This document shows, piece after piece, positions 49,701 through 62,400 of a stretch of DNA of 64,000 nucleotides. The notes beneath the pieces were generated by a model. It was not told where the DNA came from and ran no database searches. It saw only the letters and a list, made by a program, of their open reading frames with translations. Source of the DNA: Bilabrum cf. latius (Eukaryota); NCBI GenBank assembly GCA_965178125.1, contig OZ237744.1:434001-498000 (forward strand), in the 5' to 3' direction. Numbering within the stretch: the first letter of the stretch is position 1; each line of letters starts with the position of its first letter. The position numbers were made by a program, and so were the translations under genes.

Positions 49701-52700
49701 TCAGAGAACTCCCCAAACTCCACTTCTGAGTTCAGCAGCATGTCCTGCAGCTCCAATGACCTCCGGGCGTTCCTGGCTTCGTCTTCTTCAATCAAGGGGG
49801 CTGGGGGAAACAGTGTGCCCCGCTGCTGGACACGCTTGGCCTCGTCACCAGCGTGGGTTGCCGCAGGTGTTCTCTCATCGTTTTTGGTGGGTTCTGCCGT
49901 TGCTCGCGCGCCTGAACCCGGGGATCCAATGGGTGCTTGGTCCTTCGGGCGGCGGCGCCTCTTGGAGCTTTTCAGTGGCTGCACGGAAGGGATCTAGCCC
50001 AAGACCGGACCGGTGCTTCGCTGCCTAGCTTTTTCTGCCGCCGCACTCACGGCCTCTTCGTGGTCCAGCTGTCGCTTGACATCCTCCTGCCACACGGCCA
50101 AAGCGTGAACGGCCGAGCTGCGCTCAACGCTCAGCGCGTGCGCGGTGGACTGGACCTACAGCTCCGACCTGCGTAGGAGCTCAGCCTCCATTCTCGTCTT
50201 GCTCCATGACTTTGTGCGGTGCCTGGACACCCAAGGTCGCCAAGAAGACGGGGGCCCGATCAGAGACATCGCGAGTGCTACGCACATGAATGGAGACGTG
50301 GCACTGGTCACATCCCGCATGGATTCCGAGCCTGACGATCCCGGCTTCGCCTGGATCGTGCCAGACTATAGCTTCCTAGCCAAATCAGAGATGGCTGCAG
50401 TGGCCACAATCACCTAGTTGGACGTGGTCAGCTGCGCAGCAGCTCTGGAGGGTACGTACAGAAAGCGGCCTAGGCGTTTCAGCAGCTGCTGTCGGCTAGC
50501 TTGGGCTGCCTTAACGATGACCATGGAGGACTTGCGCCGAAATCGACGGTGCGATCCCACTGGAACTTGCGCCTCGGAGACAATACTCCGTCTCTTGCCA
50601 GAATTAAACCTGCTGAGACCTCGCTTTGCCTTGCTTGCAGTAGGCTCCGGCTCGCTCATCTGCCCAGCAGATTCGCCGCCGTCTTTCGCCGCCTCCTCCT
50701 GCAAGGCCTCGAGCAGGTTCACTCCCGACTTGACCCTTCCCATGTGCGAGATGGAGCGCCTTCGAAGGGCCACCTTTGCGCTCGTCGACGCGCTCTTGCG
50801 CTTGGTACCCAGCAGTCCAGAGTTGCCCTTGCCCTTATTTGCCTCTGCTGCAATCGCTCCTAGGTCGTGTCTGCCCTTCAGCTTGGACTTTGAATCGTGG
50901 TGGCCAAACGCAAGTGAATCCTTGATCGAGGAACGACGGCGGGCTCGCTTCATGTGCTTGCCTGTGCGAAACGATGCAGTTGATTTCAAGAGGGTCTGTG
51001 TCGTGCCCGCAATGGTCACTGCAGAGGCAAGCACATTCTTGGCGTGCTCGATCCGGTCTTTTCTGCGTGCAGCCGGGGGGCGTGCTCCTCGTGGCAGCTG
51101 GCGAGGCGCCCGCGACGATGTGATGCGCTTCATCAGCGGTGATGCAAAGGGCCTACCACTGCGTATAGTACCTGGGCTGTCCCGCCCGGCCGGGATGATT
51201 CCAGGCACTGGGGAGCCAGGTGGTGGCGAGGGTGAGGGAGACGTGGAGCGCACTCGAGTCACGTGCTTCTGTGCCCCTTCGACACCCTTTGTAAGCTTCG
51301 ATTCATCGACGTGCTGGACTACTCGAGCCATCGTTGCAGCTCCACCCGCCCCACCCTTCCTGCTTGTCACCATCGCTGGTGTCATCTTGACTGCAGCCCT
51401 CATCACGGAGGCGATGCTTGCGACGGAGCCGCTGGGCATGAGTCCGCTAGCGAGCTTCACCCGCCTCTCCTCTTCCGCGATCCGCTTTTCCTCTCGCTCG
51501 ATGATGCTAGCGACGGCTGAGTCTCGCCTACCTCGATGATGCCCGTGCTTGCCTCGGCTATGGGCCGAAGCCGACGCTCTGATCGTCCCGAGAGCATCCG
51601 TCCTGATCTTCGCGTCGACTTTGTTCTAATCAAGAGCAACGTGCAGCTTCTGTGCGACACGTCCAATGACCGAGAACAAATAGGCAACGTGTCTCTGCGG
51701 TTAAAAAAAAGGGCGGCGATGCTTGTGAGACGAGGAACGCATGCACACGCACAAATGAAACGCAAGGGTGGAAGCGTGTGGAAATTCATGCAATGCACGA
51801 CGTAACTTACGACTGTTAGGGTAGATGGTCCGTCCTGATGCTCATCTGAATCAGATGCAGGCTAGGACGCTCTCCTGCCACCAGATGCTGCAGATGATTT
51901 TCTCGTTGTACGACTAGACCTGCTCGGTGGAGCAGGCGGGACTGAACGGGCCCCCGCTCGGGAGCCAAACGTAGCGTGACCCTAGCCTGGAGCAGTCTGC
52001 GTGTCCAACAAGTCGTCGGGAACAACGTCGCCGATAACCCCAACTGCTTCGCCCGCAGAGCCCAGCGAGTCCCCGTCCGTGCCGACGCTATCTGCGGCGA
52101 GCTAACCCTTGCGTGGGCTACTGCTTCCTATGGACGGAGCTGCGGAGCCCTTGCTCCCGCTAGCACCTCCCTCGCTCGATGAAGATGATGATGAGGATGG
52201 TTCGGAATCAGATTCAGAGGAAGACGAAGAGGATGGCTCGAATCGGAAGGATGCTGCGTGGTCCAGAGCATTGCCACCTGCCCCCAGCAGGTGACCCTGA
52301 GGCCGCCCCACGCGAAGAATAGACACAGCCCTCGCGTAGTACTCCAAGTCACGCACCATCGTGTGTTTATTCAGCCTGTCTGCGAGCTATCGGTTGATTT
52401 CCTTCGAGATCACGTGCGGGGGCCATGACATAGCGCATAGCGCACCATCGAGTTTAGCCCGCACTCCATCGATCACCTGCTACTAGTGCTTGATATCCTT
52501 CGTGGTACGAGACGCCATGATTGCTAACGCTGCCCTCCTCATGTACTCCTGTAGCCTGGGCCACCCGATCTCGCGATGCTGGCCTCTGGCAATGGACGGC
52601 TATGCAGCTATTGCAAGAGCCGCCCGCTGGCTTGTCTGCTGCTCGCCGCTGAGAAGGGCGGGCTAGCTCTTCATTGCAGACGTGACCTGGAGCAGCCAGC

Positions 52701-53391
52701 GGTATGCCGCCCACATCACCTGTCGTCTCTTCCTCCTTCGGCCTCTCCCTGCGGCTAGCAGCTCCCACAGCAGCCTGAGCCTGTCACGCAAAGGGCCGTC
52801 GCAGTAGATCGTCAGAAGCACAAATATGTCCAGAGCTCTGACCACGCGAACGCCTCTGGGTCTGCACACGGTATCTTGGAGCTGATGGTCTTGCAGAAGG
52901 TCTGCAAGGGGGTCCTTCTTATGCTTGTCCTTTCTTCGGGATTTGCGGCCCCGAGATGCCTCGTCGTCGCTGCCGATCTCGCTGTCCTCCTCTTCTGATG
53001 GGAACAGGTCCGACTCTAGATGATCATCTGTCGCAAATATATCAAATATTTCCATGGGGACAGAGAGAAACTGGCCTGGAAGCAACAAGTGATCCGTGGC
53101 TGTAAACACGTGCACAAAATCGCGCTTTGCAAGCCACAAGCTTGCGATTGGCGGTGCTGCCATTGCATCAAGTTCTGGAAGGTCCCCTCCTAGTCTTGAT
53201 TCGAGGATTGCTGTTCGAAGCTGAGCCATTTCAGCTCGCTCCTCGGCAACTTGGTGAGCTCTCTCGATGGCACCCGTGAGTGCATGCAGAGTCCACGCCC
53301 GCAGCATTGAGTCACGGGGAGTAGCTTCCTCAGAACTGATCTCATTTCTCTAGCGCGCTTCAATGATTGCTCTGGAGATACTTGATCCCAT
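43778..53391 (-). CDS. Giant (~3,100 aa) multi-EF-hand protein with N-myristoylation motif (calcineurin-B/recoverin-like modules)
   Basis: Starts MGSSIS at 53391. One intron at about 51695-51811. Downstream fragments from 50414-51460 to 43934-44362 share one frame joined by TAG. EF loops DTAEEGLVDILE, DEKNSGQLPIQD, DADGDGVVTRAE, DLDGNKRVTIRE, DTDSSGELDQQE and DKDKSGTVDEAE. Ends TAA at 43778. Confidence 0.75.
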
Positions 53392-53687
53392 GATGCCTCT
53401 ATACTGTTGGACAGGTAAGCGTCCTCACCACTCGCAAGATTCCGTTCAACTCGAAAAGGCTTCACGATGGAAATTGATGGATCATGCAGCCTGATAAGGC
53501 CTGCAATTCGCTACTGTATCTAAACAGATACACAGTCGTAAGGATAGCTTTTGCAATCGCAAACTAGATATGCTTTAGCGTCCGATCAAAGTCTTGGTCG
53601 CACTTGGTCGCAACGGCCACCTCTTTTGAGCACCTGTGACGAGTGTGTGGAGGAACGAGGGTTTGTGCATCTTTTCTCGCTCATATC

Positions 53688-56600
53688 ATGCCTAGGCAGA
53701 AAGCGAGGAGCAGGGGGCGTAAGAAGGGAGGAGGCAAGGGTGGTCGATAGAGGGACGACCGCTGGGACCAGGATGACGGCAAGGAATTGGTGTTCGAGAA
53801 CGCATCGTTCCGTCAGTTCTACAAGGATCTGGGAATCCTGTCGGAGGAAGAAGCAGATGCTATGGTAGAGCAGATGAAGAAACAACTAGCTACAAATTTC
53901 CGTTTGAGTGCGTTACACCCAGACTTGGATGCGCTGACTCACCGCATGGAGACGGACTTTAAGGAGTTCGAGGTTCCGGTCGAGGCTCTGGATTTCAGAT
54001 CGCCATTCCACCAGCAGCTGAAGGAATTTCAGGATCGATGCGACCAAGAGGATGAGGCGGCCAAGAAAGAGGGGAGGGCGAGAAAAGCCATGGCAGAGCT
54101 TGCGACAGAGTGCGGCCTGTCGGGCAAGACATCGACCATCCCGCTGAACCGTATGAAGTGGTACACGCCCGCGCCCGCCTATCAGTTTGAATCCTCTAGG
54201 CGCAGTCTTCGCAGAACCCCGGAGCTTCGCGAGCTGCACAAGATTCTGGTAGATGAGACCGAGGCTGGCAACATCACGCGGCAAGAAGCAGTGAGCATGC
54301 TGCCGCCCCTGCTGCTCGACGTGCAGCCTCACCATCGGGTGCTCGACATGTGTGCCTCACCAGGCAGCAAGACCTCCCAGCTGCTCGAAGCGCTGCACGA
54401 ATGCGAAAAGGAAGGCAAGATTCCCACCGGTGTGGTGGTGGCGAACGACAACAACCCCAAGCGGGCCTACATGCTCGTCCACCAGTGCAAACGCATGACT
54501 GCGCAGTCGCTGGTCGTGTCCGTGCAGGACGGTCAGCAGATCCCGGCACCCGGCCAGGTCACGGCTAGGCACTTCAAAGCATGCTAGTCATCGCTCGAGC
54601 GTCACGCCGCCTTCCTGGCCAAGCAGGGTGAGGCTGACGGGGCGCCTTCCTCCTCCTCTACCGCAGCCTCGTCGGCAAGCTCTTCGTCTTCGTCTTCTTC
54701 TTCGGCAGCGGCGACCGCCGGAGCGCTGACGGTGCCCACGGTGGAGGGCGCGGCTGACTACGGCGATTCGGCGGAGACGTTCGACCGAGTGCTAGCTGAC
54801 GTGCCCTGCAGCGGGGACGGGACGTTCCGCAAGAACGTTGACCTGTGGCTCAAGTGGACCCCCTCGTCCTCCATCAGCCTGCACAACGTCCAGGTGCAGA
54901 TCGCGGCCAGGGGGTTGCAGCTGCTCCGCACGGGTGGTCGCATGGTGTACTCGACCTGCAGCATGAGTCCTTACGAGGACGAGGCTGTGCTCGGTGCGCT
55001 GCTGCGCTGGGGTAAGGGCAGCGTCCGCCTGGTGAACGTGGAGGAGCGTCTGCCTGGGTTTAAGCGCAGGCCCGGCGTGTCGTCTTGGACCGTGATGGAC
55101 CGGCACTGCAACGTGTTCTCCAGCTTTGACGACATCCCGAAGTGCATGAAGGAAGTGGACAAGGAGCGCACGGCGTTTCGCGAGAAGCTCAGGACGCGCG
55201 CCTTCGAGCTCATGAAGGAGCGGGGTGTCGATCCCGACGGCGTGCACGATGGAGTCAGGCTCGAGGACGATGACCCGAGGGCAATTGCGATGCGGGACGC
55301 AAAGATCGAGCTGCTCGCTGCCTCGGGCGAGAAGCCCCCCCGCTTCCCGCTCATCAACAGCAACGAGCAGACGACAAAGGCTCGCCCGTGGAGCATCGAG
55401 GGCTGCCAGGGTGCCCCTAGCAGGATCGTCGGCAAGTACCTCAGCCACATCAGCAGCATTCCCGACTCGCTCTTCCCCCCCACGGCGGAAGAGGCAGCGG
55501 AGATGCACCTGGAGAGGAGCTTCCGCGTGGTCCCGCAGGACAACGACACTGGAGGTTTCTTCGTCGCTCTGCTGGAGCGGACGGGGCCACTGCCCGACGA
55601 CTTGCCCGTGCTGCAGAATAATAGGCAGCACCTGCACCAGCACACAGGTACCCCCAAGTCTGAGGAAGATAAGGACGCTGCCGTCTCAGCTGGCGCCAAG
55701 CGAGCGCGCGAGGAAGCCGGGGCGGCCGGTGCGGCCTCGAAGAGCTCGGGCCCTGCCAGTGGTGCCGGGGCGTCATCGTCTGCACCCGCCGGTGCGGGCG
55801 CCGCTGCCTCTCCGGATGGCGAGCCAGCCGATAAGAAGCCGCGGGTAGATGGATCCTCTGCCGATGCTGCTGGATCGTCGTCTGCTGCCGAGACGTCGGA
55901 TGGCGCCGCCCCGATGCAAGATGACGAGGGTGATAGTGACGAGGCGGCAGCTGAGAAGGGCGGTGAAGCTGCGAAAGGCAAGCCCAAGAAGGCCAAGTCA
56001 GAGGACGAGCGCCGAGGCAAGAAGGGTGGCAAGAAGCAGCCGAGGGTCTTCACGGATGAAGACATCGCGGCACTACCTCGCCGGCCTCGTTTCGGCAGCG
56101 TCATCCCACTTGCGTGGTTCAAGAGCGACGAGGCCAGGCATTCCCTGATCCAGACCATCCCGCAGGAGATCTATGATTCGTTGCACCGCAGCTGGGGCTT
56201 CGACCGGGAGCTGCTTCCCAGGGAGCAGCTGGTGGTGAGGAACGGAAACCTGGGTAGCATCAGCTGGGTCACGCCCGAGTCGGCCAGGCTGGTGGTGCAG
56301 CCCATGGAGACGAGCGTGGCTCTTACGCTTGAGAGATCGGAGCGGCTGGGCCACGATCTCAAGCACATGCGCATGCAGGTGCTGGGCGCGATCCGGAGGT
56401 AGACCAACATCGTAATTTGCGGCGTGCAGGTGTTCGAGACCAAGAGCACCATCATCGAGCCCATCGCTGATATGTCCTCGCAGGAGGACGCGAACCCCGA
56501 GTCGGTGCGCAAGCTGCTCGATGGTGTAGACTACCGCGTGGTCAGCTCCGGGGCGCACCTGATCGAGCCCGCGATGCGAGCGTCGAGCGGGAGCGGGGAG

Positions 56601-57020
56601 GGTCCACGGTGCCTGCGGCTATCTGCGGACGACTACGCCGAGGTGGTGGGGCGGGGCACCGGTTGCGAGTTCGGTCCTGACGACAAGGGGCTCAGCGAGC
56701 ACGGGAGAGATGCGGTCAAGAAGGCTGCACGAGGTTTCGGGATCATCGCGCTGGATCCTTCCATCCCCAACGCGGACGGGAAGCCCACCCTGCAGGACGG
56801 TCCAGGGCATGAGTCAGCCAACCGGACTGCCCTTCTCCTCCAGGTGCGCACCTCGATTCCTTGCCAGGTTCGCGAGGGGCAGATGGTAAGGGTGATGGTC
56901 CCTGGGGCCGTGGTGGAGCACCAGGGCATCAACCTGAGCATCCTTGCGAGGCTTCGGGGCAAGGGGTCTGCTGCACAGGCGGGAGCTGGAGATGTTGCGT
57001 CCGGTGGGGCTGGGAACTGA
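53688..57020 (+). CDS. NSUN2: tRNA (cytosine-C5)-methyltransferase NSUN2/Trm4
   Basis: GNITRQEAVSMLPPLLLDVQPHHRVLDMCASPGSKT; FDRVLADVPCSGDGT; MVYSTCS; DTGGFFVA. TAG at 53748, 54585 and 56400; ends TGA. Confidence 0.93.
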
Positions 57021-57260
57021 TTGCTCAACGCACCACAGACAGCATTAGGCAACATGCTCGCATCAAGTATGTCTATCTTGTTTTTTGTCTGTTCTTCCAT
57101 TGCAATCGTGGGGCTAGTAGTACACGTTGCAAATACGAGGAGGGATCGGATCGTGGTTTCCGCTGCAGAACGAAGCACTTCGCAAACTCAGGCCCACTTC
57201 AACAAAGCAAACAATATCAATGAAACTAGAGTGAATAGTCGCTAGGTATCCAATTCACGC

Positions 57261-57716
57261 ATGGCTGAATGCGCGGTGTGCTACAAGAACTTGGATGTGA
57301 CCGGAACGAGAACAGCAAAGTGCTGCAATAAGTGCTGCGTCGAGTGCGCCGACAAGTGGATTGCGCAAGGTAGTGACTCTGGGGCTAGGGTAACATGCCC
57401 TGTGTGCAATAAGGTGTGGAAGCAACGGCGCAGCACCAACGACGGCACCGAATGGGTGCTCTGGATACCCGTGGCTCTGATCGCAATACTTTACCCTGTC
57501 ATACTGTGGCTGGTTTCTTGGGATGCTACAACCGTATTTCAAAGCACAGGGCCAGACGCCTCATCGATTCAGATGGAAGACATGTACTTCAAGATCGTGC
57601 TAGCAGTCGTGCTGTGGATGCCTCTTCTCTATTGGGGTCCTGTATTCCTGATTTCCTAGTACTGCTTGGAACCAGACGATGAAGACATCCCGGAGGATGA
57701 GGCGCACATTGACTGA
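57261..57716 (+). CDS. Small RING-finger-like protein with two TM helices
   Basis: CAVC..CCNKCCVEC..W..CPVC followed by two hydrophobic segments. TAG at 57657 precedes an acidic tail ending TGA. Confidence 0.7.
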
Positions 57717-57854
57717 AAATAGACATGCATTCTTCTAGGTAGCGTGCACGCCACAGGAACGCTCAATCCCACTGCAGGTGCCGCTAGCGAAGGGCCACAC
57801 CTGCCTCGGCAACGCCCCCTGCTTGTGATGACCATTGCGAAGAATCAGTGCGGA

Positions 57855-58679
57855 TCAGACTGCATGAGTGTCCAGGAACTCATCATCAATGCCCAGACTG
57901 TTGTCAGCCCCCTCGTCCTCTGCGTCACTCCCTACCGCGGAATCGGCCGAGTCGAGTGTCTCCAAGCCGTGCTCAAAGGCAAACTCGGTCGTTGGAACAA
58001 GCCCCACAACCGCCAAGGCTCGTCCAAGGCTTGCCACAGTCGGCATCTCCTGGGTTGCCTTGCGCGAGTGGATCAGCTTGCCGTTGAGGTAGACCTCGTA
58101 CGCGCCTGACTGCGAGAGGTAGCTCGAGGCCTACCCCAGAGCAAAATAGATCCCGATCCCGTACATTCTGTTTTCCTGCAGCCAATTGCAGGCTTGCGAT
58201 GCAGGGTGCGATGCATCGAGCCCAATCGAATTCATCACGGTCGGCCCTGCAAAGCTGGCCGCCATCATGACGTAAGACGAAATCTAAGTTGCCTGTGCCG
58301 CGAAGCGCTTGACTGCACCAACGTCATACTCTTTCATAAACACGTCCTGGGTCGCAAGGCCCGGAAAACCAGCTTCAAGTGCTGCCCTATCTCTCTAAAA
58401 CTGTCCCTTGAACGCGCAGGCTGTGCATATCCTAAATTCCAGTGTAACCCCGCCTTCGCTTGCAGGATGCACGTCTTCACTAGTTTGGGTTTCGGCAGTA
58501 CCCCTGCTTGCAACCCCTTCTTCTTGTCGCTGCGGCTGAGCTGGAGTACTCGCTGGGCCAGCCGTCTCGTTGCGGTTCAGTAGTTTCTGAAGAGCGGGAC
58601 GAAACGCGCCAAGCAGTCCCACGGCTGCAACAAACAAAATTAGGCTAAAAGATCCTGGAGCGGTTTTGCCGGCTGCCAT
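57855..58679 (-). CDS. Selenoprotein-T-like (Rdx family) protein, cysteine variant
   Basis: N-terminal hydrophobic leader; FRICTACAFKGQF (CxxC in place of CxxU); WLQENRMY..SGAYEVYLNGKLIHSRK..MP matches the SelT C-terminal pattern. TAG at 58395, 58284 and 58131; ends TGA. Confidence 0.8.
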
Positions 58680-58911
58680 GGCTTGTAGAGTGAGCTGCAG
58701 GAGCACCTCGAGTTTGGTGCAGCATTGATGACGAGCGCTCGCTTTTGCGGGTCATTTTTCGTCTTTTTTGCCAGTGATTGGAAGGTTAGTGATGCGATCA
58801 CACTAATAATGCCAAGCATGTTCCGTTTTGTGCGTTGAGTATCAGTTCAACCGTTATCTTTTGCCTGTATTGGTGCCAGCTAGACAAATATTGCAGTTGC
58901 TGCTACACTCC

Positions 58912-59376
58912 ATGGCGGCGGCTACTGGTGGCGAAACAGTAGCACCCAAAGAACTCAAGGTCTACTTTGCTGGATCTATCCGGGGGGGTCGAACGGACGC
59001 TGATTTGTACGGTCGCCTCATCAAGTTCATGCAGTCAAAGTGCAAGTGCGCCGTGTTGACTGAGCACGTTGGCCTGGACTCTGTCGCCGAACATGAGGCA
59101 CCATTAACAGAAAAAGAAATTTACGATCGCGACATGGACTGGTTGCGCGAGTCTGACTGCGTTGTTGCGGAAGTCACTCAACCTTCATTAGGCGTCGGAT
59201 ACGAACTAGCCATGGCCGAGACACTTCAAAAGCCCACCTTGTGCCTATTTCGTGGTAAACCAGGCGGGTTGTCTGCGATGCTAACTGGCTGCTCATACTT
59301 CAAGATAGAGAATGTAGAAACCGAGGAGGCGGAGCAGAAGGCAATCCAAGACTTCTTGGCAGCGTTTGCCAAGTGA
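58912..59376 (+). CDS. DNPH1: 2'-deoxynucleoside 5'-phosphate N-hydrolase 1 (Rcl)
   Basis: VYFAGSIRGGR; VLTEHV; IYDRDMDWL..DCVVAEVTQPSLGVGYEL; LSAML. Ends TGA; no internal TAG. Confidence 0.93.
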   Translation: MAAATGGETVAPKELKVYFAGSIRGGRTDADLYGRLIKFMQSKCKCAVLTEHVGLDSVAEHEAPLTEKEIYDRDMDWLRESDCVVAEVTQPSLGVGYELAMAETLQKPTLCLFRGKPGGLSAMLTGCSYFKIENVETEEAEQKAIQDFLAAFAK

Positions 59377-59474
59377 CTGAACGATTGTGAATGCGTGGAT
59401 CCAGCTACTAGTATGCCTTCATTCATCCCCAAGCTACACCCCAACGTTATCAACCATTTTTCAAGTGAACCGCA

Positions 59475-62400
59475 TCACTGCATCGCAAACGCAATCCAAG
59501 ACACGTTTACGTGTCCGCCCGAGGAGGCCGAGCTTGCTCGAGCATCTGGTTGGACTCGCGCTGCACCGTGCATGAACACCCAGTCGCTGCTGGCCGACGA
59601 TGCTGCCTCCATACCATGTATCAAATCGCCCCCCTTGGCGGTTGGAAGCAGCTCCATTGGGGCGTGGACCGCGAGGGCACCATCCACCCGCACGACCAGG
59701 GACGCGTTCGTCGGCATCGCGGCGATCGGGAGCGAAAATCGGAACAGAACGCCGTTTCCGAGGCTACCGCCGCCGCTGCTAGCTGCTGCTGCTGCTGCTG
59801 CTCCGGCTTCCGTAGACACGAGCTGCCAGCCCGACCAAGTCCCGGAGGACTCGGCGCAGATGGCGGCGGCAGGGGACCGCATGCACCACCCGTGCCCAGG
59901 CTCAGCCAGGTCGGAAGCGAGCATGGACGGTGCAACATCGTAGCCCTCTGTCGTGGTGAAGAACCCGGCCAGCCGGATGAATGCCTGTAGCGACCATGCG
60001 TGCCTGTGGGTGCACATGACGGGGGCATAGGGCCAGTTGGACACACCCGGTGTCTTGCTCAGATAGGAGCTCACCGAATCCGCCGAGGACCAAATGCCCG
60101 CCCAGTACTCGGGGTAGGCATTCGCCTGGTACGCCAGCGTGTTCTTCAAGGCCTCATCCAAAGCCAGCCTTGACATGCGTACAGCCTGCGCCGGGATGGC
60201 GGCCCCGGGTTTCCTGCGGTAATCGAGCCGGAGCGCTCTGCTCTGGCGCGCAAGGCCCGCGATCAGGGGACCGTTCAGCGACTGCCACACCCCGCCATTC
60301 TCCTGCACCCCGGGAGTCGAGCGGCACAGGGGCGACGGCTCGCTCATTTCAGGGGCTCCGATCGGAGAAGGTGCCCTGAGTGCGTCCAGCGAGTCCATCA
60401 TCTGATCCAGCTGCACCAGTGCCGAGTCGTCTTGCAGGCCTGATCCGACCTACCCGCCGATGCTCGATCTGGACCCGTTGAAATAGTGCGTGACCACCTC
60501 CCCCATGAGAGCCCAGGTAGTGGGGGTGGCCACCATGTAGTCCGCCCCCCTCCATCCCAAGGACTCGTTGGCGGGACCCAACCACGCCCTCATGTAATAG
60601 CCCTTGTCTGGCAGCCACGCCCACTCCTGCATCGCCTGCCTCTACTGAGCCGCAAACGCGCGCGCTGCGTCGGCCCTCTACCGCCATTCGGGCGATATGG
60701 GTGCTCCTGCATTCGCCGCCGCTTCGAGCATATCGGCGTAGCGCGTCATGGAGTAGGAGGCAGTGGCAGCGTTGAGCACGCTCTCACCGTGCTCCACGAC
60801 CTCCCAGAACCGAGTCGTGTTGTAGGTGGCGTTCGCCTTGCACTGGGTGTACGTGTCTGACCAGTCTGAGGTCTGCAGGCGCATGATTCCGTGCTGACCA
60901 ACCGACACGTTTCTGATAGAATACTGCACTGCAGTCCACAGCGCGTCTTCCACGGTCCACGCTGGGGTCCGGCGTGGTGGTGCAATAGCACCTGCCTGGA
61001 CTGCGACACTAGCATGCACCTTGGTGCTGATTTCCTATGGATCCAACAGGCCGTCGGACGGATCGTAGAACTTGGGGATCGTCTCCTGCAGCACGCTGAA
61101 GTCGCGCCTCGCTAGAGTGATGTCTGCAGCCAGCATGGGCAGCCAGAGCTCCTGGTCGCTCGGAATCAGGTTGAACGTCATGAGAAGGCCCTGCGACGTC
61201 AAAGCGTACGGACTTAGGAACCGCTGGTGCCCGAGCGGCGACGGCCGACTGGGGTTCTGCAGCTGCTTCAGAGACAGCCGGAGGATGCTACGAGCCGATG
61301 AAGGGGCAGACAGAGCGAGAGGCATGGCGTGCTGCAGCGGGTCTCGCATGGCGCCCTGAAAGCCCGCAACGTACCTGTACTGCGTGCCCTGATCCAGGAG
61401 CGTCTCGTTCCAGAACGTGGACAGGGTGCGAGCACCGAGCACGTATCCAGAGTGCCACTCAATCTCCCTGCCCAGCCAGCCAAACCGTCCCTGCAGCCGA
61501 TCGCTTGCGCCAGCCAAACCGGTGAGTGCGACGCTCTCGCGGAGCGTTTGCTCCCGGGCTGCTCGCTTCGCGGCGGCTGATGGAAGCCCACCAGCAGCCG
61601 CGTTGGGCTGGCCCGGCTGCTTTGCCCCGTTGAATGCCACTGTAGCGGCACGGATCACATCTTGGGCCCTGGTCACGAGCTGATCGGACGAGCCCGTGCC
61701 GTTCACGTAGCCCCACAGGAACGCTGCGGAAGCGGTACCTGCAGCAGCTGGACCCATTAAACCAACTTGTAAGCGTAGTACTCGTCTGTTGACGGTGCAC
61801 GCCAATGCTGTCGGCACCCGCTGCCCGGAGGTGATGTCCTTACGCACTCCAACTTCGAGTGGGGGCGGCTTGCATAGAAAGCTAGTTCCGTTTGGCGATC
61901 CGCCAGATCCTGGTAGAGCTACCTGAAACACGGCCGGCGGGTGCTCGTCGTAGAGGGATCCCCCTCTCGGTGGATTGGGGAATCGGTTGGTCCACGGTGA
62001 ACGGAAGCTCCTCTGCCAAAGTAGCCCCTGCATTGCCTCGAACAGCGCGAGCTCGGTGCCGTTGAACGGAACCCACTGCCGTGAGAGCAGGATGAGGGGA
62101 TCATTTTGAGTTGGACCGGTTCCTTGAAGACGGAGGGCACCGCCAGCAGCATGCGCACCGCTGCCAGATGCACGCGCCGCAGTCCCAAGATACCCGGTCG
62201 TGTTGTAGTGCGTCGCACCAAGCAGCACGGGCTGCCCGAATACAGAATCTGAGACATTTGGATACGTGTGCTGCGCTGCCTAGTAGACGGCATCCATGTG
62301 CCGGATCAGTGCTCCGCTCGAAACCTCTACGAAGAGCTCAACTTGCCGACTCCGCGCGGCAGGGGTAGGCATCTACACTACGGTAGCATCGACGAATATC

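Noticed and set aside
53190-53465. 91-aa minus-strand ORF as the N-terminus of the EF-hand gene
   Set aside because: It is in a different frame. The in-frame MGSSIS start at 53391, read through one TAG, joins the downstream domain without a frameshift.
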